NCBI GenBank assembly: GCA_027491435.1
Contig: JAOZFG010000017.1
Span: 44,466 to 108,465, forward strand
Direction: 5' to 3'
Source of the DNA: Thermoproteota archaeon
GTDB taxonomy: Archaea; Korarchaeota; Korarchaeia; Korarchaeales; Korarchaeaceae
DNA: 64,000 bases
In this document: in pieces, positions 37,288-46,983 of the stretch
How positions within the stretch are numbered: the stretch's first letter is position 1
Layout: each line of letters opens with the position of its first letter
Notes under the pieces: generated by a model
Database searches by the model: none
Told to the model about the DNA's origin: nothing
Seen by the model: the letters and a program-made list of their open reading frames with translations, nothing else
Position numbers and translations under genes: made by a program

Positions 37288-38645
37288 GAGCAGAACCCCC
37301 GCAGGTTATCTATTAGCTCATCAATGTCCCTCTTGCAGTGCCTCTCAGTTGTGGCTAGTATAGCTAGGCTCTCAGGGAACTCCTTGTAAATCGTTGAGGG
37401 AACGAAGCCTCCAGCTATCCCTTTGTACAAGAGGTGCAAGTTAACTTCCTTCCAGCTTGGGCCTTCAGAGACAACCGGCAGATCCCTAAAGAACTTGGAT
37501 TTGAATGGAACCTTAAAACAGGGCAATTCTTCTATGGAACGTCTCAAATACTCGGTGTTTAGAAGTATCTTCCTTCCTAGATCCCTCAAGCCATCCGGGC
37601 CTAGAAGGGAGAGGTAGATCGCTGCCCTTAAGGCCATTAGCTGGGAGTTTGTGGTTATGTTAGAAGTGGCCTCCTCCTGCCTTATGTGTTGCTCTCTAGA
37701 CTGCAACACCATCATGTAACTCCTAGTTCCCTCTAAGTCCTTAGTCATTCCGATAAGTCGGCCAGGAACTTGCCTTATCATCTTTCTGGTGGACTTAATA
37801 GCAAATATTCCTAGGGATGGCCCCCCGAAGTTCAGATAACCTCCTAAGGATTGTCCCTCGCCCACAACCACGTCGGCTCCGTAATCGCCGGGGGGCCGGA
37901 TCACTCCCAGGGAAATGGGCTCGACGCCAACCACGAAGAGTCCGCCTTTCTCATGAACTAGATCTGCAACTTCCTCTGCCTCCTCCTCTATGATCCCGAA
38001 GAAGTTCGGGTTCTCCAGGTACACCATTGCAGTATCTTCATTTAATTGGGCCTCTAGGCTAGCTAGAGAGATCCTTCCCGTCTCCTCATCGTAGGGTACG
38101 CTCACCAGCTCGACGTCTAGAGGACTAACATAAGTGCTGAGGACCGATAACCTCTCAGGATTGGCGTTCTTCGCGTAGATTATTCTCTTTCTCTTGGTAA
38201 CCCTCATTGAAAATCTGGCCGCCTCCCCTAGGGCAGATCCAGAGTCATAGAGCGAGGCGTTGACCACGTCCATGTCTAGCAACTCTGCCATGAGAGATTG
38301 GTACTCGAATATGGCTTGCAACAATCCCTGAGAAATCTCTGGCTGGTAAGGGGTGTAGGATGTGTAGAACTCCTGCTTAGAGACTATCTCATCGACTATG
38401 GCTGGAACGTAGTGATCTGCGATACCTCCTCCTGTGAAGGACAATCTGATCTCTGGAACCGAAGATGTAATCGACTCAAATAGTGAGCTCAAGTCCGCCT
38501 CCTTGAGAGGTGAACCTATCTCTGGGGGGTTACTCAACAATATCTCGTTGGGGACGTCGGAGTATAGCTCTTTTATGTCTTTTACGCCGATATAGCTCAA
38601 CATAATCCTAATTGTTTCAGGATCATCATTCGGTATTAGGCCCAT
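37284..38645 (-). CDS. gcvPA: Glycine dehydrogenase subunit 1
   Basis: FYTSYTPYQPEISQG.LQ..FEYQS, NASLYD, GGPSLG, REQHIR.E.ATSNI; start near 38645. Confidence 0.97.
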   Translation of the reverse strand: MGLIPNDDPETIRIMLSYIGVKDIKELYSDVPNEILLSNPPEIGSPLKEADLSSLFESITSSVPEIRLSFTGGGIADHYVPAIVDEIVSKQEFYTSYTPYQPEISQGLLQAIFEYQSLMAELLDMDVVNASLYDSGSALGEAARFSMRVTKRKRIIYAKNANPERLSVLSTYVSPLDVELVSVPYDEETGRISLASLEAQLNEDTAMVYLENPNFFGIIEEEAEEVADLVHEKGGLFVVGVEPISLGVIRPPGDYGADVVVGEGQSLGGYLNFGGPSLGIFAIKSTRKMIRQVPGRLIGMTKDLEGTRSYMMVLQSREQHIRQEEATSNITTNSQLMALRAAIYLSLLGPDGLRDLGRKILLNTEYLRRSIEELPCFKVPFKSKFFRDLPVVSEGPSWKEVNLHLLYKGIAGGFVPSTIYKEFPESLAILATTERHCKRDIDELIDNLRGFCS

Positions 38646-38888
38646 GTGCACCCAAACATTGACGGGGCGGGAAAGATAATACGTTGTCGAAAGCACTGAC
38701 ACCAACTTAAGTGTACTAGGTAAGCTTATTTAATCAAACACTATTTCCCATTTCCCTATAAAAATTTAAAGGTTATGCGGTTAAATTATAACAAAGTACT
38801 CATTTAAGTAAGGACAGCGAGTTAAGGGAAGGTATTTATTAGTAACAGGTAGAGGCTGAGAGGTCTTAAGACAATGCCCTCTTTTACA

Positions 38889-38978
38889 GCTCGGTATATA
38901 TTCTCAATATCAACTCGAGCGTTACAAAACGCCGTTATAAGAGCGGAGTTGAAATGCATCCTCTAGTATATACCGAGC
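38889..38978. repeat. 12-bp perfect inverted repeat with 66-bp spacer and nested 7-bp inverted repeat
   Basis: GCTCGGTATATA (38889-38900) and TATATACCGAGC (38967-38978); inner TCAACTC/GAGTTGA. Confidence 0.75.
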
Positions 38979-39346
38979 AGTTAAACGTAAATTAGCTGGC
39001 CAGCCTGGTGGGCTGTTAATTGGCTATCTTATATGGTAGAAAGGATTGTCATGAGAACTTCTACTATATACGCCCATTCATGACTTTATCATGTTATGTA
39101 TCTCTTTAAGGATACAACAATCAAAGTGTTGTGAAAGTTAATTAAAAGTTATGCATCATAATCCGCAATTATTCCGATAATTATTTAATGATTTCCTCAT
39201 ATTTAGAATTTATTTTAAATTTTATTGTGATTGATATTAATATATTGCCTGTATTTCTTGATTAATACAAGTTGAATGAACCTTGACCTCAGGACGCCTT
39301 CTCATCCATTCATATACCCTCACTGGTGACCTTGGCGGTGATTTCG

Positions 39347-39508
39347 ATGGTGGTGATCTCACTACACGTCCCCCCTCCTCTAGCTGAGGAGTTGGAGAGG
39401 TTGGTGAAGGAGGCCGGATATACCAGCAAGAGTGAGGCCATAAGAGAGGCGATAAGGCTCCTGATAAGGGAGCACAGGAAGAAGGTTAGAGGAGGTGTTG
39501 CCACTTGA
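39347..39508 (+). CDS. cdrS: Ribbon-helix-helix regulator CdrS-like, coupled to ftsZ2
   Basis: MVVISLHVP..LAEELERLV...GY.SKSEAIREAIR; overlaps ftsZ2 start, as in cdrS-ftsZ2 operons. Confidence 0.8.
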   Translation: MVVISLHVPPPLAEELERLVKEAGYTSKSEAIREAIRLLIREHRKKVRGGVAT

Positions 39509-40749
39509 GCCTTAACATGAAGTACTCGTCCCCAGCTAAGGAAATGGCTGAGATGTTCAGTAAAATACTCGACATACCAGTTCTTGGAAACAACAAGGTC
39601 AAAGGCTTCGTCCCAGAGGTTAGCGATGTGGGCAGCGATGTGAGTAGTGAAGGCTTAAGCGGGGAGTCCGAAGTAGGTCAGGGAAACATAGTCATCGTAG
39701 GGGTAGGAGGGTGCGGCTCCAACACCGTGGAAACCATAGCCAAGCTCAAGGTCAAGGGAATAAAGTTGGTGGCCATAAACACTGACAAGCATCACTTAGA
39801 CGGGGTGGAGGTTCCTAACAAGATACTCATAGGAGAGAGCATAACCAACGGGCTTGGGGCCGGTGGCATACCAGAAGTCGCCAGGGCCTGCGCCGAACAT
39901 GACGCACACAAGATATCAGAAGCCCTGGGCAGTAGACCTGACCTAGTGTTCATAGCCGCTGGCATGGGTGGAGGGACGGGAACTGGAGCCGCTCCCGTGG
40001 TCGCTAAGATAGCCAAGGATAAAGGTGCAAAGGTAGTTGGCTTCGTCACCATGCCTTTCAGGACCGAGGGCAGACACAAGATGAGGATCGCTCAAGAGGG
40101 CGTCAAACAGCTTAGGAAGTGGGCAGACACCGTTGTCCTGATATCTAACGATAAGCTGTTACAGCTTGCTGGCGACCTATCAGTTGACGAGGCTTTCAAG
40201 ATGGCTGACCTCACCCTGGCCACCATGGTCAAGGGAATAGCTGAGATAATATGGAGGAGGACTATGATGAACATAGACTTAAATGACATAAAGCTGTTGA
40301 TGAGCGCCGGTGGAGTTGCTGCAGTGGGAATTGGGCAATCAAGCGATCCCAAGAGAAGGGCCTCTGAGGCCGTTAAGATGGCCCTTAAAAATCAGTTGAT
40401 AGACATATCGCCGGACGGCGCTAAGGGTGCCCTGATAGTCGTATACGGGGGTAACCTTAAGTTAAATGAGGTCTACGAGATAAGCGAGATAGTTACCTCC
40501 AGAATGTCTAGCGACGCGATAGTCAAGATAGGGGCTGACATAGACCCTAGCCTTGGGGATACCCTCAGGGTAATCCTCTTGTTGACCGGGGTTAAATCCC
40601 CTGATATACTGGGAGGGAATTTCATAGCCCCTAAGAAGTCCGTGCTCACGCCTGCCTCACTAAGTGGGGACGGCGGGTTCAGGTTCAATAAAGAGATAGA
40701 CATAGATAGCATATCGGACATCCTAGGAGGGGAGCTGGGTTTCATATAA
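39505..40749 (+). CDS. ftsZ2: Cell division protein FtsZ2
   Basis: GVGGCGSN, AINTDKHHL, GLGAGG.P, GMGGGTGTGAAP, NIDLND. Confidence 0.95.
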   Translation: MSLNMKYSSPAKEMAEMFSKILDIPVLGNNKVKGFVPEVSDVGSDVSSEGLSGESEVGQGNIVIVGVGGCGSNTVETIAKLKVKGIKLVAINTDKHHLDGVEVPNKILIGESITNGLGAGGIPEVARACAEHDAHKISEALGSRPDLVFIAAGMGGGTGTGAAPVVAKIAKDKGAKVVGFVTMPFRTEGRHKMRIAQEGVKQLRKWADTVVLISNDKLLQLAGDLSVDEAFKMADLTLATMVKGIAEIIWRRTMMNIDLNDIKLLMSAGGVAAVGIGQSSDPKRRASEAVKMALKNQLIDISPDGAKGALIVVYGGNLKLNEVYEISEIVTSRMSSDAIVKIGADIDPSLGDTLRVILLLTGVKSPDILGGNFIAPKKSVLTPASLSGDGGFRFNKEIDIDSISDILGGELGFI

Positions 40750-41848
40750 CCTTTATAACCACCTCCTCCCTATATCCCGTTATAACCCTGGCGTAACCCC
40801 TAAACTTCTCGTTCACTTCCTCCTCGTCCAGGTCTACGATCAAGTGGTCAACCCCTTCCACCTTATCCGGGGTGGCTACGATTATAAGGTCGCTTTTATC
40901 GATCCTCCTCAGCGCCGGGGTCAATTGCACGTTTCCCCTACCTAGGAGTACCCCAGTGCCGCCTATTGGAGTCACTATGACCTTGATCTTGGAATGAGAG
41001 CTAACAATCTCCTCCATCTGCTTCACATCAACGTTAAGCCATTCAGTGCCCCTGGAGTAGGCATCTACTCCCGTAATTGATTTCTTAAGCCCCATCTTTT
41101 CCGCTACGAACTTGACCGTACTTCCGGGACCCAGGATTAGTAGGTCCCAATCTCCTAGAACTTCTAAGAGGTAGCGATATATCCCTTCCAGGGCCGCCTT
41201 AGGGTGCTGTTTAAAGTCCTTGCTTCTTTGGACTGAGGGAGCCAGGGGAACCTTCATGTAGCCATAAAGCCTGGGAGACACGATACCCCTCCTATAAGAG
41301 GACTCGTCCACGTCCACTACTTCCCTCTCATCCACATCGAGTAACCCCCTTACGTAGAGGGCAGCTATCTCCCCTGCTGCCTCTGGAGTCTCAGCGAACA
41401 CCCCTGAGAACACCTTTACCCCCGAGGGGATTCCCAGTACCACAACACCCCCGTTAACCGCTGACAAGATGTCTCTGGCGGTGCCGTCCCCTCCGGAGAA
41501 AAGGAGGAGATCCACTCCTTTATCGGCCAGTTCCTCCGCTGACAGTAGGGTATCCTCCCCAGTGGTAACTTTCTTGGGTTTGTAGCTTATCTCCCTCCAC
41601 ATATTTTTAAGGCCCGCTATTTCCACTGATTTCTCCCCCATTAAACCTCTTGGCGATAGTATCATCACTTTCTCGTTAGATAAGCTATTCTTAAAGCTGA
41701 TTAGCGCCTTGGAGGCTCTCTCAACCGATCTTAACGGAATTCCCATGTCAACAGCTTTAGATACGACCTCTGGCCTATCGCTTCCCCCTTCCGCCAGGTA
41801 ACCTCCTAGGCCAGCTATTGGGTTCACGATCAGGCCCACTTTCTTCAT
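40742..41848 (-). CDS. ATP-NAD kinase-like protein (COG3199/AcoX-related)
   Basis: GLIVNPIAGLGG, GGDGTARD, GIPSGVK..SGVFA, TPIGG.G.LLGRGN.QL. Confidence 0.88.
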   Translation of the reverse strand: MKKVGLIVNPIAGLGGYLAEGGSDRPEVVSKAVDMGIPLRSVERASKALISFKNSLSNEKVMILSPRGLMGEKSVEIAGLKNMWREISYKPKKVTTGEDTLLSAEELADKGVDLLLFSGGDGTARDILSAVNGGVVVLGIPSGVKVFSGVFAETPEAAGEIAALYVRGLLDVDEREVVDVDESSYRRGIVSPRLYGYMKVPLAPSVQRSKDFKQHPKAALEGIYRYLLEVLGDWDLLILGPGSTVKFVAEKMGLKKSITGVDAYSRGTEWLNVDVKQMEEIVSSHSKIKVIVTPIGGTGVLLGRGNVQLTPALRRIDKSDLIIVATPDKVEGVDHLIVDLDEEEVNEKFRGYARVITGYREEVVIKVI

Positions 41849-41885
41849 TGTATCCCATGATATAGCTTAGCCCGCACCATTAAAG

Positions 41886-43460
41886 ATGTGTGAGGGGGTG
41901 GCTGGACACTTTCCTTACCCGAAGTACAGGCCGGGGCAGCTTGACTTAGTGAAGACCATCTGTGAGTCTATCCAGAGTGGGGGAATTCATGCAATTGAGG
42001 CCCCTAACGGTATAGGGAAGACCTCCTCCATATTGACGAACGTAGCTTACTATGTTAAGGAGGGCTTGGTTGATGGTTTCATTTACCTGGTTAGAACTCA
42101 CAGACAAATAGATAGGGTGCTTGATGAGCTCCCTCACTTCAATTTAAAGGTGGCACCTCTCAGAGGTAAGGGAGAACTTTGTTTAATGGGATTCGCTAAG
42201 GAGGAGGTCTATGAAGCTTGTAATGAAGTCAGGAGATCTGGGAGGTGTAAGTTCTCCAGATATGTAGATGATAAGGCTCCTTTGAGGGTGCAGGAGCTCA
42301 TTGAAAGGTCTCTTCAACTTAAGACCTGTCCTTACTATTGGTCTTTAAGGCGGCTAGGGTACTCGGAGCTCGTTGTAGCTCCAATAAATTACTTGTTGGA
42401 GGAGGAGCCCTGGAGGATGCTGTCTGAGTGGTTAAAGGGTAGGGATATAGTCCTCGTGGTGGATGAGGCACACAACTTGAGCAGGCACCTGATAAGCTCC
42501 CAGGTTAGACGGATAGACCTCAATCTAACGATCTATGAGGAGATCAGGAAGGCCGGCGTTGATTTTATAGAGGTGCCTAAGGATTACGCCCAGAAGGCGT
42601 TAGGGTTAGAGGTGGAGGGCAGGCTTTTCGTGGACGGGGATGGAAACTCCCTGACCTTATTGGATTTGCCCGATAAGAGGGAGAGGCTCAGGTCTTTTTA
42701 CGCTGCTATCTTGGTATCTGGCACCTGGGGACCAGACAGGCTAGTGAGCAGAGAAGTGGGCGTCAGGTTAAAGGTGAAGAGGATTTCCCCGGACTGGGGG
42801 TCTAATGCCATTGTTTTAGTGACTGAGGACCTGACCACCAGGTATTCGGAAAGGGAGCGTAGCCTGAAAATGATTTATGAGATGGTAGTGGGCGTCGTCA
42901 ACTCGATAGAGGGCAATGTAGGGGTGTTCACCCCATCCTATGATATAATAAATTACTTCAGGGAGATGGGGTTGGAGGACCACGTGAATAAGCCTGTATA
43001 CTATGAGAACGATTCCAACAACTCCGTGGAGGAGTTCAAGTCGATGGCCGACAAGGGAGGGGCCGTCCTATTAGGAGTTCAGAGCGGGAGGATAAGCGAG
43101 GGAGTTGATTTCCCTGGAAATGAGATGATCGCCTCGGTCGTCGTAGGGCTTCAGCTCCCTAGGCCTGGATTAGAACAAAGGCTTAGGAGGGTCGTCGAGC
43201 TCAACTTGTTCGGGGAGAGCGGAGAGATTGAGTTACTGCACGCTGTCAGGTCAGCGAGTCAGGCGGCTGGTAGGTGCGTTAGAGGACCTGAAGACGCTGG
43301 CTTTATAGTGTTGGCAGATTATAGGTTCTTGATGGACAATGTCAGGCCCATGCTCCCCTACTGGATGCTCAGGAAGATGACCCCTGTATCCTCTAAAGAG
43401 GTCCCTAAGTTGGCTAAGTCATTCAATAGGTTGATAGGGAATGTTCAAACCGGGCCTTAA
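41886..43460 (+). CDS. XPD/Rad3/DinG-family Fe-S helicase
   Basis: RPGQ, EAPNGIGKT, four Cys incl. TCPYY, VDEAHN, SEGVDFPG, QAAGRCVRGPEDAG, LADYRF. Confidence 0.92.
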   Translation: MCEGVAGHFPYPKYRPGQLDLVKTICESIQSGGIHAIEAPNGIGKTSSILTNVAYYVKEGLVDGFIYLVRTHRQIDRVLDELPHFNLKVAPLRGKGELCLMGFAKEEVYEACNEVRRSGRCKFSRYVDDKAPLRVQELIERSLQLKTCPYYWSLRRLGYSELVVAPINYLLEEEPWRMLSEWLKGRDIVLVVDEAHNLSRHLISSQVRRIDLNLTIYEEIRKAGVDFIEVPKDYAQKALGLEVEGRLFVDGDGNSLTLLDLPDKRERLRSFYAAILVSGTWGPDRLVSREVGVRLKVKRISPDWGSNAIVLVTEDLTTRYSERERSLKMIYEMVVGVVNSIEGNVGVFTPSYDIINYFREMGLEDHVNKPVYYENDSNNSVEEFKSMADKGGAVLLGVQSGRISEGVDFPGNEMIASVVVGLQLPRPGLEQRLRRVVELNLFGESGEIELLHAVRSASQAAGRCVRGPEDAGFIVLADYRFLMDNVRPMLPYWMLRKMTPVSSKEVPKLAKSFNRLIGNVQTGP

Positions 43461-43893
43461 CCTAGTGATAGTCCCTAATGAGGAAGAGCTGTTCAGAATA
43501 ATAAGCACAGTCGTCAAGCTCAGCGAGGGAAACGTCGTCTCCCTATTAGCCTCTCACTACCTCTCGTTAAAACTTTCCTACACTTTAGACAGCGAAGGCA
43601 GGAACTTCTACATGGTGAAGGTAGGAGGAGACACGTTGAGGGCCACAATCGTGTTCACAGGATATCTTTCAAGAGAGGATGTGGGAATGGGAGTCATCGA
43701 CGATTTAGCGCTACGATTGACTGCATCACCGCCTGGGCTGGCTTTCAGGGGGTTAGCTTTTACAACAGCCCTCATCAGGTGGGCCTCGTTGGAGAGCGGG
43801 AAACCATGCGTTTGGGTGATAACCTCCGATCAGGGGGGTCTATTTTTAAAGATAATTGGACGGCTTTTAGACCGAGTGATTTACGCCCTGTGA
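43441..43893 (+). CDS. Degenerate RecA-fold protein lacking P-loop
   Basis: FKPGLNLVI (pre-Walker A strand), GVIDDL (Walker B-like), E.GKPCVWV, GG...IG..LDRVIY. Confidence 0.5.
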   Translation: MFKPGLNLVIVPNEEELFRIISTVVKLSEGNVVSLLASHYLSLKLSYTLDSEGRNFYMVKVGGDTLRATIVFTGYLSREDVGMGVIDDLALRLTASPPGLAFRGLAFTTALIRWASLESGKPCVWVITSDQGGLFLKIIGRLLDRVIYAL

Positions 43894-43903
43894 GGTTAAG
43901 ATT

Positions 43904-44386
43904 ATGTGGAGCCCTCTAGACTACCTGCTGAGTGCCTTGTACTACATACTGCCAGCATACGTGGCCAATATGACTCCGGTAGTCTTTGGAGGGGGAAAGC
44001 CCATAGACCTGGGGAAGAACTTTGTCGATGGAAAGAGGATCCTGGGGGATCACAAGACGATTAGAGGGTTCTTATCAGGGGTGTTAGCTGGCACGTTAGT
44101 CGGAGTTTTTCAGGGGAGGCCCCTTTGCGGCCTTCTGTTATCACTGGGAGCCATGCTTGGTGACATGATGGGCTCTTTCTTCAAGAGGAGGGTTGACATT
44201 AAGCCGGGAGAATCGGCCCCCTTGTTGGATCAAGAGGGCTTCGTGATGGTAGCGCTGGCCTTATGCATGCCCTTTGAACCCTTAACCTTGATGGAGATAC
44301 TGATCATAGTTCTAATAACTCCTCCGCTTCACTTACTAGCTAACATGCTGGCCTATTTACTGGGGTTCAAGGGTGTAAGGCACTGA
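43904..44386 (+). CDS. carS: CDP-archaeol synthase
   Basis: LPAYVANM.PV.FGGG.PID.G....DG.RILGD.KT.RG, GDM.GSFFKRR, P.LDQ. Confidence 0.95.
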   Translation: MWSPLDYLLSALYYILPAYVANMTPVVFGGGKPIDLGKNFVDGKRILGDHKTIRGFLSGVLAGTLVGVFQGRPLCGLLLSLGAMLGDMMGSFFKRRVDIKPGESAPLLDQEGFVMVALALCMPFEPLTLMEILIIVLITPPLHLLANMLAYLLGFKGVRH

Positions 44387-45261
44387 TGAACGTTGAAGAG
44401 CTCCTGAAGAAGTTGAAGGAGAGAGGGATTGATGTAAATGAGGCGCTAAGCTTAACCCCGAGAGAGCTGGCCGAAATGCTTAGAGTGGATAGGAAGGTAG
44501 CCAAGGTCCTACTTGAGGAGCTTTCTAGGAGAACCGTCGATCTGGTCAGCGCTGACAAGCTCCTGCCCGCCTCTCAGATAAAGCTCTCCACCGGTGTATC
44601 CGACTTGGACAGGGCCTTGAGGGGAGGGCTCCCCCTGGGATCCATAAACTTAATTTATGGACCCCCTGGATCTGGGAAGACGCAACTGGTCATGTTCTTA
44701 ACTGTTAGATCCCTGCTTCCGCTTGAGGAGGGGGGAATAAACTCAGAGGTTAGCGTCTACATCGACACCGAAGGTTCTTTCTCGGCTGAAAGGTTGTCTA
44801 AAATTGCCGAGGCCATGTCTGTAAAGGAAGCGCTTGACAGGGTCTTAGTGATGAAGGTATCAGGCCCAGTTCAGCTGAAAGAGGCTATCAAGAAAGTCAT
44901 TAGGATGGAAAAGATCAAGTTCATTTCAGTAGATTCCATATCAGCTCCCTTTAAGGGCTACACCGGCCTGAGTCAGTTGCCAGAGAGGCAAAGTGAGCTA
45001 GCTTCAATCCTGAGGTACTTCAGAAATTTCTCCGATAGAGGGGGGATAGTTACCTTAACTTCCCACGTCACTGGAGGAAAGGAGGATCTGAGGCCTCTGG
45101 GTGGGTACTTAATAGGCCACATGCCTCAGAACGTTTTCTACTTGAGGAGGGTCAGGAGGGACATAAGGCTCTTAAAGGTCGTCTCCTCCCCCTACCTCCC
45201 GCCTACCGAGGCAGTCTTTAGGATAACGGATAGGGGCATTGAGGACCTGCATAAAAGTTAA
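44386..45261 (+). CDS. RadA/Rad51 paralogue with N-terminal HhH-like domain
   Basis: STG...LD..L.GG, YGPPGSGKTQ, YIDTEGSF..ERL, VDSI, SPYLP..EA.F.I...GI.D; L2 region divergent. Confidence 0.85.
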   Translation: MNVEELLKKLKERGIDVNEALSLTPRELAEMLRVDRKVAKVLLEELSRRTVDLVSADKLLPASQIKLSTGVSDLDRALRGGLPLGSINLIYGPPGSGKTQLVMFLTVRSLLPLEEGGINSEVSVYIDTEGSFSAERLSKIAEAMSVKEALDRVLVMKVSGPVQLKEAIKKVIRMEKIKFISVDSISAPFKGYTGLSQLPERQSELASILRYFRNFSDRGGIVTLTSHVTGGKEDLRPLGGYLIGHMPQNVFYLRRVRRDIRLLKVVSSPYLPPTEAVFRITDRGIEDLHKS

Positions 45262-45293
45262 AGGGAAAGCCCTCTACATCTCCATGATCCGAC

Positions 45294-45710
45294 ATGAACC
45301 CTCGAGATAGATTTTACACTAAGACCCATGAGTGGGTTAAGATAGAGGGTGATATTGCGGTTGTTGGGATAACCTCACACGCAATAGAGCAGTTAGGTGA
45401 TATAACGTACGTGGAAATTAAGCCCGTGGGAACGGAGGTAAAGCAAGGTGAGCCCCTAGGAGACATAGAGAGCAGTAAAACTGCCGATAAGATATACGCC
45501 CCCGTGTCGGGGGTGATATTGGAGGTGAACAAGGGAGCCGGTATTTCCACAGAGGAAGAGGAAGGCGACGAGGAGGGCCTTGAGAAGCTATCGGATGACC
45601 CTTACGGGGAGGGTTGGATCGTCAAAATCAAGGTGAAGGACCCTGAGGAAGTAGAGAACCTCATGAGGGCTGAGGAGTACGAGGAATTCCTGGAAAGGGA
45701 AGCCCATTGA
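45294..45710 (+). CDS. gcvH: Glycine cleavage system H protein
   Basis: YTKTHEWV, GIT.HA..QLGDI, IESSKT (lipoyl Lys), DPYGEGW. Confidence 0.96.
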   Translation: MNPRDRFYTKTHEWVKIEGDIAVVGITSHAIEQLGDITYVEIKPVGTEVKQGEPLGDIESSKTADKIYAPVSGVILEVNKGAGISTEEEEGDEEGLEKLSDDPYGEGWIVKIKVKDPEEVENLMRAEEYEEFLEREAH

Positions 45711-46915
45711 GGTACGTGAAGACCATCAAGGACCCGATACACGGTTACATAAGCCTCACCGAGTTAGAGCTCAGAATAGTGGATTCCGGACCATTTCAGA
45801 GACTTAGGAGGATAAGGCAGCTGGCAGGAGCAGAGTACGTCTACCCTGGGGCCATACATACTAGGTTTGAGCACTCCTTGGGGGTTATGCACCTGGCTGG
45901 CATAGCTGAGGAGAGGGTAATGCAGTACGACCCAAACGTCGAGGGGCTTCTCAGGCTGAGCGGGTTGTTGCACGACATAGGGCATGGGCCTTTTAGCCAC
46001 ACGTTTGACGCTGTCGTTGAGAGGTTTGGGGGTAAGAGCCACGAGGAACGATCCGCCTGGGTTATTAAGGAAAGCGAGATTGGTGACATACTCTCGGCCA
46101 ACTATGACCCATCTGAGATAAGCGACATCATAAGGGGAACTCACGTCAAGGCTTATTTATCCAAGGTGATAAACTCCTCAGCGGACGTTGACAAGATGGA
46201 TTTCACGGTCAGGGACTCCTACCACACAGGAGCTGGTTACTCCGTTGACATAAGGAGGATAGCCCAGAACTACTCCGTTATAGGGGGGGACCTAGGGATA
46301 CACAGGAGGGCCTTGGAGTCGGTTGAGGCCCTCTTAATGGCCAGGTTGTTATCTTTTAGGACGATATACTACCATAAGACCTCCAGGGCCGTCCAACTAA
46401 TGTTGGAAAAGGGCATGGAGCTTCTAATAGAATCGGGTGAGTTGGACCTGGAGGCCATGCTAAACGACGTGAACTCTTTCCTAGACGTTGACGATTACAC
46501 GATGTGGAGCTTTATGAAGATGCACGAAACTTCGGCAGAAATTCTGAAGGATATAGCCAACAGGAGGATATTCAAAGTGGCATACGGGGTTAATGGGGTA
46601 TCCTTGAATGAGAAAGAGCTGAAAACTCTGAAGGAGGAGCTCCTAAACAAGACGGGGATTAAAGAAGAAGATCTGCTGATAGACAACCCTAGCATGGTGT
46701 TCATAAAGGATAAGGCCATACCCAGAATATTCGATGAGAGCGGCACCTTCTCCCCGTTCGAGGTGTCTCCAGTCCTGAACAGGTTAAGGGACATTAAGAT
46801 GAGCGTCCTAAGGGTTTACGTTAGACCTGAAATCAGGTCGCACGTTAAGAATAGGGTAAAGGAGGTCGTGAATCGATTCCTCGGAGATTTGCCTAGTGAC
46901 AGGAAATCTTATTAA
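45707..46915 (+). CDS. HD-domain phosphohydrolase (SAMHD1/dNTPase-like, COG1078)
   Basis: IKDPIHG, FQRLRRIRQL, HTRFEHSLG, LLHDIGHGPFSH, DVDKMD...RD, YYHKT. Confidence 0.93.
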   Translation: MRYVKTIKDPIHGYISLTELELRIVDSGPFQRLRRIRQLAGAEYVYPGAIHTRFEHSLGVMHLAGIAEERVMQYDPNVEGLLRLSGLLHDIGHGPFSHTFDAVVERFGGKSHEERSAWVIKESEIGDILSANYDPSEISDIIRGTHVKAYLSKVINSSADVDKMDFTVRDSYHTGAGYSVDIRRIAQNYSVIGGDLGIHRRALESVEALLMARLLSFRTIYYHKTSRAVQLMLEKGMELLIESGELDLEAMLNDVNSFLDVDDYTMWSFMKMHETSAEILKDIANRRIFKVAYGVNGVSLNEKELKTLKEELLNKTGIKEEDLLIDNPSMVFIKDKAIPRIFDESGTFSPFEVSPVLNRLRDIKMSVLRVYVRPEIRSHVKNRVKEVVNRFLGDLPSDRKSY

Positions 46916-46983
46916 GGGTTTTCAACTGAATGAGCACAGGCCCCCATTATAGGTGATGGACAATACCAGTTACAGAGAAGTTC

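Noticed and set aside
38874-38966. 30-codon ORF MPSFTARYIFS... and a 45-codon antisense ORF in the long spacer
   Set aside because: No motif (not a CdrL-type Zn ribbon); too short to support.
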